This document shows positions 12,590 to 25,757 of a stretch of 64,000 nucleotides of DNA, piece after piece. This DNA is from Paramecium tetraurelia (lineage: Eukaryota): the NCBI GenBank assembly GCA_000165425.1, contig CT868518.1, positions 312,900-376,899 of the forward strand, written 5' to 3'. Both the position numbers and the translations under genes were made by a program. A model generated the notes under the pieces. The model had not been told where the DNA came from and did not search any database. It saw only the letters and a program-made list of their open reading frames with translations. Each line of letters starts with the position of its first letter. Position 1 is the first letter of the stretch.

Positions 12590-14210
12590 ATGGTATATGC
12601 ATTAGAATATTCGGTTGGTTTCTATTCTATGTCATTTTGTAGATAATGATGATAAACAATCGAAAAAAATATTTATCCTATGATATTAGATTAAGTAAGT
12701 TTGAAGGAGATGCCAATCAAAGTGAAAATAAGAAATTAAATTATACCAACACCACTGGGAAATATACATTTCCTATTCAAAATATAAGCGAAGTGGAATT
12801 GAATCTAAATGTTACAATCAATAAAGTATTAAAATCATTTAATCATTCTTAGAATGACTATTACGATTTAGAACATGTTATGGTTAAGGAAGAGGAAATA
12901 CTTAATGATATGAAGTACTAATTAATAGTGCATTCAGAAGATTAAACTCTCGTGCTCAATGAAACCCACACGACTTCATTGAAATGCAAATCTAAGAGCT
13001 AATAAATTTAATGCACTGGCTATCTAGAGTCAATTATCAATAATGGCTATAAGGATCTCCAATTCCAATTACTCATATTCCATCATAATGCATTAGCCAT
13101 TCACTCTTAAAATTTAACATTGCTATATGAGAACAATCAATATTTCACTATGATTTTGATTTTTTAAGTATCCCTATATTATTACATTTGTAGGTTCTCT
13201 TCCTCTTTTTGATTCTGTATGGCATATACTATTTCTTCAGCAATTTGAGTGATTATCCTAGACAAATTTGGCCCAAAATGTATTTACTAATATATACTTA
13301 GACATTAATGGCTATTAATATTACTTATAGGAATGATTCTCTACAACTTTCCAATACTACTAATTCGAAATCATTATGGCCAATTTGTTCACTATTACTC
13401 GAACTTAGTTGAATTATTCATTTAATCAGGATTATTCTACTTTTGGCTATCCATTTTTGAATTAGAACAAACTTAATCTTCTGAAGAGGATGGACAAACA
13501 ACTTCTAATTAATTTACTATATGGAATCTATTAAAATTGCTTTTGGTAATGTTGTATACAGTTCCTCAGGCAATAATGGATACATTTATTTTTATAATGC
13601 AAGAAGAATTAATGTAGTATGATCCAAGAGTTGAGATTCCATTTTACAGTATTTACTTGAAATTTGTAATTTTAAGTTTAGTTGGATACTCTGTATGTTT
13701 TGTATTTCTTTTATATAAATCATTTAATCGACATGAGAAATCAATATTAATAACTGAACCTCCTGTTATTGAAAATGATAAATAACATGATCCATTTTAT
13801 GAAGGTTAATAAATAAAAGAGTAAGATGGATAAGGAGAGATCAGGAATTATAAATTGTTGCATATTTTATCGACAATTTGCTTTTCAGCTTTAGTTTATT
13901 ACCAATTAGTTACAATATTGGAACCAATTGTATTAACAAGTTCTAGTACTATAAATGAATGGGCATTGATCAATATATATTTATGCATGATAGTACAATT
14001 ATACATGCCTTATAATCAGCCATTTGAAGATGAACAACAAAAGTCAATGTATGGAGATGTGGAAATGGATGATTTAAATATGTAATAATTAATTGAATAT
14101 TTATTATTAGTAAGAGTACTAGGGTTAAACATAAAAATTTAGCCAATAAGAAATTTTATACAAAGTAGAAGGATGAGCAAACAGGTTAAGAGGATGATAT
14201 TCAAATATGA
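12590..14210 (+). CDS. Multi-pass membrane protein, TMEM181/Wntless-like
   Basis: IWPKIHQWLLILLIGMILYNFP and LFIQSGLFYFWLSIF resemble TMEM181 (EQKWMSVLLPLLLLYNDP, LLLFWLCVY); several TM segments; introns at 13168-13193, 13280-13301 and ~14082-14110. Start could be 12646. Confidence 0.65.
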
Positions 14211-14260
14211 GTAGATGTATTATATATTGTTATTGCTTAATAAATAAAAATAATGGCAAA

Positions 14261-14635
14261 TCAATTATATGAGGATGATGTTTAAGAGGATGAGGAACTA
14301 AAATCATAAATTTTGGGTTTTTTGATTTTCTTCTTAATTTTTGTGGACTTTCCATTATTTTGAATAATAGTCTTTTAATTTTTTGACAAATATTGGTACT
14401 ATTATTTTTGTTATTCTTCTTCTAATTTGATGATTGTATTAGGGATATACTTCTATTTTTTTTTATTTTTTGCTCTTTATATTAGGTTATCGTCGTCACT
14501 GTTATCTGATTATTGACATTATTCAGTTTTAGGTGAATCAAATTCATAGATGTCTAATTGAGCTGATAAGGATGCACATTTATCGTAGAGTTTAGCTAAT
14601 ACTTTATAATATTTTGTTTCGCTCACAACTCTCAT
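14261..14635 (-). CDS. Hypothetical Lys/Ser-rich protein, 124 aa, single exon
   Basis: ATG 14635 to TGA 14263-14261, open in code 6 (MRVVSETKYYKVLAKLYDKC...). Confidence 0.65.
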
Positions 14636-14813
14636 AAATTGTAATATTAAATAATTAGATTGGCAATCTAAAATAGAACCTAAATTATTGGAAAATCCTT
14701 GTATTTATTGAATTAATAATAAATAATTAATCTGTTATAAAAAGATGAGTAAATGTTCACTTAATATATAGCTAAAATAAATGATAGATGATATTATGAA
14801 ATATATTATATCT

Positions 14814-15754
14814 TCATGCTAATAATCCTTGAGTGATTTGATGCATCAACTTTTCTTAGTTTTTTTCATCTGGTACAAAACATACCTTAGTTCCATTACT
14901 GCCAGCCAATTGTTATAGTGTTTCTAGATACCTTACTTGCATGGCAGTCTTAGAATCCAAGAATTCAGAAGGCTTATCTCATTAACTTGGCTGACTCAAC
15001 ATCAGCTTTGGCACTTATCAATTTACCTTGGGCCAATCTCTATTCAGTGGCTGCAGAACCTAATGCTTATTAGAGATCAGCAGACAATTGGATGTCCTTC
15101 ATGTAAATGTTATCAATTAATACACCCCTTAAATTAATATGCTGTATACCAGTCTTTCACATATTCATCAACCTAATCTTCAATCTAATCTGCAACTTCC
15201 TACCTTTTCTCAAGCAAATCCTAGAGCACAAAGGATCCCACTGTGTTTTTGAGGACTGCATATGTAATTTATCGGACTGCTTAATCGTAGTTCTCGACTC
15301 GATAAATAGCAAACCGCGATGTTTTGATTCTATAATAAACGGATGCATCTATGGAAATAGTTACATTATCTTTGGTCATAACAGACTAAAGAATATGTAT
15401 TATACATTACTTGTCTATCTAAATCGATAACAGTAATCCTCAAGTCTAGTTATTCTAAGGTGTCTGTACATGGATTGACATAATGTAATCCTGGTCTAAC
15501 TACTTTGATATGTCTTCCAAATCTTTTGAACAATCCTTCAGTACCTAAAACGTAGATTGGAATTATGAACCTTATTCAACTTCCTGGTATGGATAGTTAA
15601 CACACATACAAAAAATACAAGGAATCCAGGTTCTTAAACAACCAAAACATTCTCCCAAACAATATTAGCATTTGGCATATGCAATCATTGTTTGATTATC
15701 TTAGAATTCTGGAACTTCCAAATGAGCTATCTTTCTTCTTGAATGAGCATTCAT
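14814..15754 (-). CDS. Stomatin (SPFH/band-7) protein, with one +1 frameshift in this sequence
   Basis: RFGRHIKVVRPGLHYVNP, QSVMTKDNVTISIDASVYYRI, WGVLIDNIYMKDIQL, AKADVESAKLMRQA then (shifted frame) SEFLDSKTAMQVRYLETL; Cys-rich N-terminal membrane hairpin; three short introns; premature TGA at 14967-14965. Confidence 0.92.
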
Positions 15755-15787
15755 ATTCAATCTAATTTATTATTATTGAAATCAAAT
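15755..15787. promoter_or_regulatory. 33-nt divergent spacer between stomatin and guanylyl cyclase start codons
   Basis: ATTCAATCTAATTTATTATTATTGAAATCAAAT; contains inverted TTCAAT...ATTGAA; both genes start in the context AATATGAAT. Confidence 0.55.
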
Positions 15788-18700
15788 ATGAATTATAACC
15801 ACCATCAAATTGTTGAAAAGTGGTTATCACGATTCAGAAAATGTCTTTCCCTGTGTTATACGAGTGATTAACAAATGATCACTATGGAATTGCATAAAGG
15901 AAATGTTTCGTTGCTCAGTGTTCCTTAAAACAAGAATATTTTCAACACACGTAAATATACAGTACGTATACTCATCTATAATCCTTTTATTAGTTCCTCA
16001 ACTTTCTACCCAAAACAATATTCACAGGTTTAGTCAGATTTGGTAACATCTATCTCCTTGTCATATCATTGATCATGCTCATTGATCCCACTCTTTCCCC
16101 CTTCTATATTTGGATCACTATCTTCCCCATAGGACTCAGTGTACTCATTTATGTTTTAATTGAATTCGTACTTGATATTCGTAGGCAAAGTCATGATCAT
16201 AAAATCAACATGCAAACAACATCAAGAGGAGCCAAAGATGGTTCCATAGAAACTATCAAATGGAGTGATATTCAAATTGGAGATGTTTTATACCTAATTA
16301 AAGGAGATATAGTTCCAGCTGACATCATACTCTTAGATACTGGATAAGTAAGAGATCGAGAAGCCATTTGTATGGTAGATACTTAATATTACAATGGCAA
16401 ATCAAGTCTAACCAAAAAGAAATCGTCCTATCTCACTTAATTGATCGTCTTGAGAACCAGATTAAAGAATTAATTTCCAGAATACAAAAAGATGTTAACT
16501 GGAAAATTAGAATACGAAGCCCCTAATGGAGATACACAAAGTTTTTATGCTAGATTGAAATTGAAAAAAGATCCAAAGAACGAAGAATTAACTATAGACA
16601 ATTTCATTCCCAAAGGAACTAAAATTAAATAGACTTCCTGGTTATTTGGTTTAGTTGTCTATGTTGGCAAAAATACTAAAACTATGCAAAGTAGTCATTA
16701 TGGAGCACAAAAGGAGAGTTTTGAAGAAAAACAATGCAATTTCTATTCCTTCCTTATGGCATGCTTATCATTATTTTTCACTTTTAATATCTATAATAGT
16801 ATTATTAGCCAGATCTGATGAAAATAGTTTTGCTTTAATAATTGACAGCTATACAACTAATGGGATGAAAGTATTTTAACTAGCTATATTGTATGCTCAG
16901 TTAATCCCAGCTACATTGTATTTATTATTTGACATAGTAAATTTCATATCATTATTTAAATTTGAAATTAATCAAATTGAGGATAACCTAGTCAAGTATG
17001 TGAAGATCAATTCATCAAATAATTTATGTGATTTTGGACATGTTGATTATATGTTAATAGATAAAACAGGCACATTAACTACTTCTTATAACAAATTGGA
17101 TAATTTACAATTTGGTTAATTAGCTTTCAGTTTGAATTATGATCAATTGTAATTGGCATTAAACTAAAAGTACACCAAATAAGACGATATTGAGGAACCC
17201 TAAAACATTGTAAGTTTGAATGACAATAATGAATATTTGATACCATTTGAGTATGACAAGAAGACTCATCATACAACAGAAGGTTAATCAAATGGCAAAT
17301 TGTTACTGAGGAGTGTTAAGACTTCTAATAATAACCCAATATTTAGTTAAATCACTGCTCAACCACAAAATAAAAGGTTGACCTTTCTCAATATGGATGC
17401 ATAATATTAACAAAGATACCAAGATTATTCGTAAGGAAGAATGTTCTTACCTCAACCAAAACTTCGAAACACTCCTGGAAATAATAATGATGAATTCATG
17501 CAATTAGTTAATTAATTAAAAAACAGTTCTCCATAGCATGAGTACTTGTAATCAAAAGACATAAATACATTATATTATGATGCCTTTTTAAAATGTTTGA
17601 TGTTATGTCACGAAGCTAGACCAGTGTTTGGAGCAGATTCAATTACATATGAGTCATTTTCCAAGAATGAAGAGATATCATTAACATTTGCTCGCTCTTG
17701 TGGGTATTAACTAGAGAACTTTAATAAGTTTGATAGTCCAGATATGTATTTATGTAAAGTGGGGGGGAATTAAATTTGGTATTAAATATTAGGATTAAAT
17801 TTATTTACTTACAATAGAAATTTAAATTCTGTAGTGGTCTAGGTACCTATGACTATGGATTTAGAATTAAGTTACGAACATGAAGCTCTTAATTAACTCT
17901 GTGGAGAAGGATCGAAAAATAAATCATTGTTAATTTGTAAGGGAGATTACGACGCAATTAAGTTAAAGTTGTAATTAAATCATAAGGAGAGAGAAGAGTT
18001 GGATGCTTATATTCAACATTATAAAGTCAGAGGTATTAGAATGATAGTATATGCAACAAGAGTGCTGAGTGAAAAAGAAACTGTGAATTACAAGGAAAAA
18101 TTTAATTTGTTGCATAGTTCTCTGACAAATTAGGATAGTTTATTAGAGGAATTGGCTGTGGAATATGAAAAGGAGTTAAATTTATTGGGAATGATAGGAT
18201 TCAAAGAGGAATTAAAGAGTGATGCTTTAGATTTCATAAGGACTGTTAAAGAGTGCAATATAAACATTTGGTTATTGAGTGGAGATTAAGAAGCATAGAC
18301 AATTAGTTGTGCTCAGGCTCTAGAGATGACAGAGACTTCCAAATATTTGAGAATTGCAGCAAAAGACAAAGAATAGATATGGTTATAAATAAATACTGCT
18401 ATAGGATAGATATAAAGTGAATTGTAGAAAATACAAGAAAAGCAATTAATCAAACAATAAGAAAAACAATAATAATTATAAGGAGGTAGAAGCATGATCA
18501 AGTCAAGTGTAACATTATTTGAAGGAGCATCATATTAATAAATGTTATAATTTGTATTGGTTGTAAATGGTCAATCTTTATCATTAATAAGTGAATCACC
18601 AGATCTAATGAGTCATTTTCGATTCTTGTCATGTGTTTGTAAGAATGTAATTGGATTTAACATGAATCCACAATAGAAAGAATTAGCCTGTATAATCATC

Positions 18701-21700
18701 AAGGATTACTTTCCAAATAAACCAACAATTCTAGGAGTAGGAGATGGTTACAACGACGCTTTGATGATGTAAGCTTCACATGTCAGCATTGAAATAATCA
18801 ATAGCAAATTAAATCATATATATCCATAAGTGAATGCTGGAGACATTGGTGTGAATACATTAAAAGAGATAAAAGTGTTATTGTTATAGAAGTGTAAATT
18901 GCACTCGGAACGTGTATCTTCTATGATAATATATCTATTTTATTGTGCAGGCTTTTTAGGTATGACACTCTTCTTTTTCAATTGGTTTTGTTAGTTCACT
19001 GCTACATCTTTGCATGATTCTATGACTGTATTTTTATTCATATTCTTATACACAACTCCTAATGCTTTGGTTATTGGATTAGCTGATTTACAAACTAATC
19101 CTTTGGTAAACAAACGGATTCCTACTTTATATGTGGATGGATAAATCAGAACCAGACGGTTTGGATTCTATTATTTAATTGAGGCATTTTTAGAATCATT
19201 TTTATCAGCTGCCTTTACGTTTTATACATGCACTTATATGATCAATTACACATGGACTGATGATGGTCATCAGAGTGATTTATAAATGGTAGCAACCAGT
19301 ATCATTTATGTCATAATTACAGTATCCACTCTAAAGGTATTATTTAGATTGATCAAACACAAAGTACATATTGTCATTATAGTTTCCTTATTCACTTTTG
19401 GATTATTGGTTGGGTTTGTGTTCCTTAATTATAGAGGAAAATTCAGTGATTTTGATTACTTAGAATTGACTTATCAATTATTCACTCGATTTAATAGCAT
19501 AGTAGCAATAGTCTTTTCTTTATTTGGATGTTTCTTCATTAATTACTTCCTTCATGATTTGATTAAACTCAATTTATTTCCAACTGCCTATTAATAATTT
19601 GCATTTTACAACAAAGATGGCACATAATATGATAATTTAACTCACCAACAAATAGTAAATTAATGTTTGGATCAACATGTGTAATTATTCTATTTTAATT
19701 TAGTAATGTCTCCACCATCATACAAAATGTGTTTACTGACTGTTCCACCACGTCTCCTTACATTTCTGAAATGCTCAATCCTGGAGATACCAAAGTAACT
19801 GAAATGAAACTCAAACCTTTAACTTTGGAAATGAAGGAGTTAGTCCTTGAATAAAAGTTCCTTGCCCACAAATTGTCACAATCGCTCAATCATTTACGGT
19901 TCTTCTTATGCGTTTTATTACTCTATTTCATAGCATATTGTTTAACTGATTTCTTCATCAATGATCTTAGAGTATTCACTGGAGTCTATTATTTGATTAT
20001 CTTTGGAATAGTATTCCTAATGTTATTGTTCACATTCACTTCGATTATGGAATAACAGTATTATACTTATTCACATTTGGCTGTTCTGATCATATTTGCA
20101 ATCAAAGTTGCAATCGATTGGTTATCGGATGATTTAACTATTACTTTATCTGCAACTTTGGCAATACTATTTAGTACATTTAATACTATGAATATGACAG
20201 TCATTCCTATTATGTTATACAATATCTGCTATTTAATACAGTTGATTGTAAGGATATTAGTTATTGTTGTATCTACTGATTTAAGCACTTCAAATGGAAC
20301 ATACACCTAAAGTAGGATATCTGTTTATGCTGCTTGTACCTAAATATTATTGGTGGTCAGTATTACAATTAGATTTTTATTCACTTATTATAAATCAATA
20401 AAGCATAGAAGAAATGATTATTTAGCAAAGTATTCAATTGAATAGGACAATATGACTGCATAAGATATTTTGAGTATTCTTGTTCCCAGATTTGTTAGAT
20501 AATAAATATAAACTGGTATCTATTCGATGCAAGAAGCTCAAGATGATGTTTCAATCTTATTTGCTTACATTTGTGATTTTGATACTATTATGAAAGAGGA
20601 AGGCAAGAATGTTGTATTGATGTTGGATTCTCTATTTAGATTATACGATAATTTATGCATTTAACATGGAGTTCAAAAGATAGAAACCGTAGGATACACA
20701 TACATGGCAGCAACAGGAATCAAGGCTTGTGAGTAGAATATGACTGCTCATGTGATTAGAACAGAGAAAACTATGAGATTGGTCAATATGGCATTTGATA
20801 TGATGTAATAAGTTTAAGGAAGAAAGTATGGCAAGGGCAATCAGATAGAAATGAAGATAGGAATCCATGTTGGTAGAGTAATTGCAGGTGTGATTGGACA
20901 TCATAAACCATAGTTTTCATTAATAGGGGATCCAGTGAATCAGACAAGTAGAGTAGGATCTACTGGAGACACTGGAGCAATCACTCTAAGTGAATTAGCT
21001 TTTAAATAAGCAAGACATGGAATTAAATATTACTCGAAGAAACAGAAGGAGGCCAAGGGATTAGGAATAATAGATACTTATCAGGTTTTTAAGACTAAAC
21101 CACCAGGGTATTAAGTACCTAAGGCATTTCTACTTTGGCAGAATTGTACAAAGATTGTCGTAAAGGATCTAAGGTCATAGAAGAGTCTGAGGTAAATAGT
21201 ACCAAAAAAGGGTCAATTCTTATCCTAACTGTAAAACTCTATTTATGTGGATAATATGAAATAGTCAAATAGACTAGAAATATCTCCAAGAGGTCCTTAA
21301 ACAGTTTCACTTTTACTGCCACAAAATGCTTCTTAAGAAGTAGATAATAAATCTAAATTAAATTAACCCATTCAACCATTAGAAACTGCATTAACTGATG
21401 AATCTGTGTTTATATCAAATGATTAGGATGAGAATGAAAAATTAGATTTAATAAAACCAAATTTAATATTGGAAATACCTGAAAATGAGATCAAGAACAA
21501 TTTCAATTAAATATTGAAAGAATAGAATTTAGAAGAATCCAAAGTTGGCATTACATTTTTATGGTTCACTTATTTCGTAATCACCTTGCTATCTATAATT
21601 GTTCGTAAGCTATTCAAATATGATCTTCTCATCTTTGTATTAAGAGTAATATAATTCAATTATATTTTAGGCAATATTTTTAATCCTGGTAATAGTGTTA

Positions 21701-22829
21701 TTTCCCATTTTATCCAAGGCCTATAGGAATGTAATAGTCAATCTGATGTATTACCTTCTATTGATATATGCTATTTTTACAGTCTTGTTCTAGGCCTACT
21801 TGACTGACAATTCGGAAGTGGCTATAATATGTCTTTTGGAAATACTGTATATAATGATTGTGACTTGCTAATTTAAGATGTTCACCTTCTTTTAAGTGAT
21901 AGTCTACATGTTCATAATGCTAGGCTTTTTCTTGGGCTTTTACATAGCATCAGATTTGGTAACTCATTTTGCCATATTTTACATTTGTTGTTGTATGTTA
22001 ATTCTGTTATTGGGTTATTATTTGGCTATGAAGGAATAGATTCAAATGTTTAACAATCTGCAAATCAACGAGGATAAGAAAGTAAAATAAATCAATTTGG
22101 TGAGTCAATTATTGCCAATGCATTCCTATTTGAAGATGAAGAATAGTTCAATATATGATAAGAGCGATTTCATAGATGAATTTGAAGATGTTACTCTCCT
22201 ATTCGCAGATATCAAAGGATTCACAGAATATTCTCACACTCAAACTCCAGAAGGAGTCGTAACTATGCTTCGGGATCTATTTACAGAATTCGACAAATTG
22301 TGTTAAAAGTATTATGTTTATAAGATGTATACCATTGGTGATTGCTACGTTGTTATGGGATTCACAAACAGTGCCAAAAGAAATGTAAATATCTATATCT
22401 TATATTTCATAGCCTATCCAAGAAGCCATCAATACAGTCAAGATGGGATTCTAGATGGTTGATATCATCATGTAAGTGAGACAGAAGATTAAATTTGATA
22501 AACTCAATATGAGAATAGGTATTCACACAGGTCAAGTTACAGGAGGGATTATTGGAACTGATATCGTGAGATATGACATTTATGGCAAAGATGTATCGAT
22601 TGCTAACAAGATGGAAAGCAGTGGAGAAGAAGGTAGAGTGCAGGTTTCATAAACTACTAAACAAATGATTGAGAGAGCAGATAAACATCCTTTTAAATTT
22701 AAATTCCATCATGTAAAGATTTCAAACTTATTGTAGGATGTTGATTTAAGCAAGTTTAATATGACCACTAAAGGTTATTTGGTAGAATGGGATAAGATAA
22801 AGGAAGAGGCAAGTTTTGAATAATAGTGA
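15788..22829 (+). CDS. Bifunctional P4-type ATPase-like / guanylyl cyclase (alveolate membrane GC), ~2300 aa, with one +1 frameshift in this sequence
   Basis: P4 motifs NTRKYT-FLNFLPK, GDIVPADIILL, DKTGTLT (17060-17080), LMLCHEA, GVGDGYNDALM; then 6TM-C1-6TM-C2 with C1 KIETVGYTYMAATG..GDPVNQTSR and C2 LFADIKGFT..YTIGDCY..RYDIYGKDVSIANKMES. Introns 15962-15993, 19681-19703, 21646-21670, 22385-22412, 22713-22736. Frameshift near 16782-16785 (TGA 16816-16818). Confidence 0.95.
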
Positions 22830-23102
22830 CACTTACATATTTTAGATTATTATTTTGTTAATCTTTTTAATTATTATAATTACCCTTTCTTATTCCATTT
22901 TATTTGAATCCTCCAATCAAATAATTAATCTTTATTTTTATTGTTAAACTTTAAAATTTCTTATTCTTTTATTACATCTGGTAGTCCAATTTGTAAGAAT
23001 TAGTTCTTAAATTAGAGAGTATATAAAAAACTAGGAGATCTTTAAGAAATCATAGTTAGGTTTGATTTAAATAAATATTGAATAAAAAAACTATAAAAAA
23101 AG

Positions 23103-23411
23103 TCATGCACCAAAGCCATAAAGAGTTCTTCCTTATCTCTTCAATGAGTAAACAACATCCATGACTGTGACTGTCTTTCTTCTTGCATGTTCTGTGTATG
23201 TGATGGCATCTCTAACAACATTCTCCAAGAAGCTTTTTAGAACATTTCTTGAGTCATCATAGAGGAATGATGAAATTCTTTTGACTCCTCCTCTTCTTGC
23301 TAGTCTTCTGATTGCTGGCTTTGTGATTCCTTCAATTGAAGCCTTATTTGGTTTTCTGGCATGTCTTTTAGCACTGACTTTGCCAATTCCCTTTCCTGAT
23401 TTTCCTGCCAT
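23103..23411 (-). CDS. H4: Histone H4 (ciliate type), intronless
   Basis: [47 protein letters not shown]...[12 protein letters not shown]; the invariant Gln is encoded by TAA. Confidence 0.99.
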
Positions 23412-23499
23412 TTGTGTTATATTATATTGAAAATAATGGAAATAATTATAAGAGGTTGTATATTGTAATTTTAAATCCGAATATTCATAAATCAGCCAA

Positions 23500-25612
23500 T
23501 CATAATTTTTGTTTAGAAAAGTTAATTTATATAGGTCTATTTCAATGTTATCATATAAATACTTTCCATCCAATTCGAAACCATTCATGTTGGCCAATAC
23601 AGTAAGTGCTACTTCGGTGCTTGTATACTTGATAATTGACAAGTATTTGTTTCCAGTTGTCAAAATTCTAAATGTTATTAATAATTACTTAATGGCCTTA
23701 ATTTATCCAAAATCTTGCATATATTATTACATAACGGAAGCTTAACAAGAATTCTTAGTCAGATTAGAGATTTAGACAGTATCACAAGGGGGAGCAAGAG
23801 TGTAAGTGGAATCTGGTTTAATTCGATGTGTCTCTTCACTTCCTTAAAAATATTCCTCTTGAGTTTTTATATCAAAGACGATCTCTCCTGGTTTAGTTGG
23901 CTAGGTTTTCAAAGAGATCTCTTCATAATTGGAAAAGAAGATCTGTATAATAGAGATGAATTACTTTGATTGATTATCCATAAAACATGATATCATTGAG
24001 AGATTCCTTGGCTATAGCAGCATGTTCTTGTGACACATATTGTATCAAACAACTTGATCTTTCCTTTAAGAATATCATTTTATCAATGTTGCCATAAATG
24101 CTAAATATATTATAGAGCATAGCTGATGTTACAACTTTCTTGTCAAACCATCTTGCATAGATTACTTTAGATTTACGAGCATCTATAATTGATTTAATGA
24201 ATTCATTTACTTTTAAAGGATTAGGATTTAGATTAAAATTGATCAAGTTTTTCTGCCTATTGATAAATGGTCTGACTCTTTGAAGTAGGCTGTTAGTTCG
24301 ATCTCTAAATAATTTTGCCTTTGCTGATCAATTAATCAATATTGTCAACACTCCTGGAAGATTATTCAATGGTGTTTTTCTGAGTTTATTTCTCCACTAC
24401 AGCAGCTACTTAATTATCAACTTTATCAAATGACATATCTTAATTCAATTTCTTAAACACTTGTTATCTGTCTTTTTCAGTAAATCCTTGATTTTAATCA
24501 ACGAATTTGAATAGATCATTATGGATATCCTCATCATCAGATTAAGCATTCAATAATTATTCTTCAAATTAATTGGAATCATCATCAGCTTCATCTTCTG
24601 AGTCTCTCAAACCCAAACCATTGAAATTCAATTCTTCAGCCTTATTAACACTTCTGCCATCACTTTAATACATCTTTTGGACTTGTACTTGATCTATTAA
24701 TTTATCTGAACTATGAAACATAATATCTTTTGTAACATCACTTTCCTGATAACTTTAGATGAACTCAATTTGATCTCCATTTTTAGCTTTCTTATCATTT
24801 GGCAATGTTAGTTTCTTTCTATTTGATTTTCCATTCTTACTTGATTCTATGCTGATAGATTTTTGTTCATCTTATTGGTTGAAACCTTATAGAAAATTCT
24901 AGTAATTGTCAGTCACATTCTAGAATGTTTATTAATATTCATGGATATCTTTTAAAATTGATTGTTGTTTTTCGATTTAATTTAACAAGTCTGTAGATTA
25001 CATTAGAGGAGTTGCAAATCCCTCAACACAAACTTACTATAACTACCCCATAAGAGTATTAATTTATTGCATTTGTTGTGACATTTAGTGTTAAAATAAC
25101 ATTTGTGATTGCAGCAATTAGAAGTTTTATTAAGGAACTATCTAAATAGATTTTGAAGATTGAGAAGATTGATTTACTTCATTCGGTGGTGATTATTCTT
25201 TCTATTTACACCTTGGTATTGTATAATCTAATAATTTTGGAATAGATAGAATTCATACCAACACCCCACACATTGTTTTCTTAGAAGGATATATAAGTTA
25301 GTTTGCTTGCATAGACATTCATTAGTAATGAGGTATCATCACAAAATTATTTGTCATTCATCTACGATCTCGCCTTGAATGCTGATTCTATGTTATCAAA
25401 CTCAATAAATGTTTTCCAAGTAAGAGATCTCTCGAATATTAGCATCTATTTAAAACCTACTTAAATATATGTACTCTCTGAATAGTGCCGAAAGGACTAA
25501 AGACTTTATAATATTTATCATGTGGCAAGGTTTTATTAGCTTTGTTTGTAATAACAACTAAAATCACGTTGGTATTAGGAGGATCAGAATTTCTGTCGAT
25601 TTAAGAATTCAT
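23500..25612 (-). CDS. PTB/hnRNP-L-like multi-RRM RNA-binding protein
   Basis: N-terminal RRM ([30 protein letters not shown]), long Gln/acidic linker, [31 protein letters not shown] and final RRM ending [11 protein letters not shown]; several short introns. Confidence 0.85.
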
Positions 25613-25757
25613 TTTTAGATTTGGAGATTTATAAATATATTATTTATTTCATTTACTAACAAAAATCTTAAGTTAATAAAACATAGTATAATTATTGTCT
25701 ACACTTCTTTATTATTCCTTATGCTATTATAATGTATTTAAATTAATTTTATTAATA

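Noticed and set aside
23133..23663. ORF-track fusion of an RRM to histone H4
   Set aside because: The ORF reads through the last PTB-like intron (23537-23562) and the 88-nt spacer; splicing gives a normal RRM end with TGA at 23502-23500 and H4 has its own ATG. A fusion would need both intron retention and transcriptional read-through, with no evidence.
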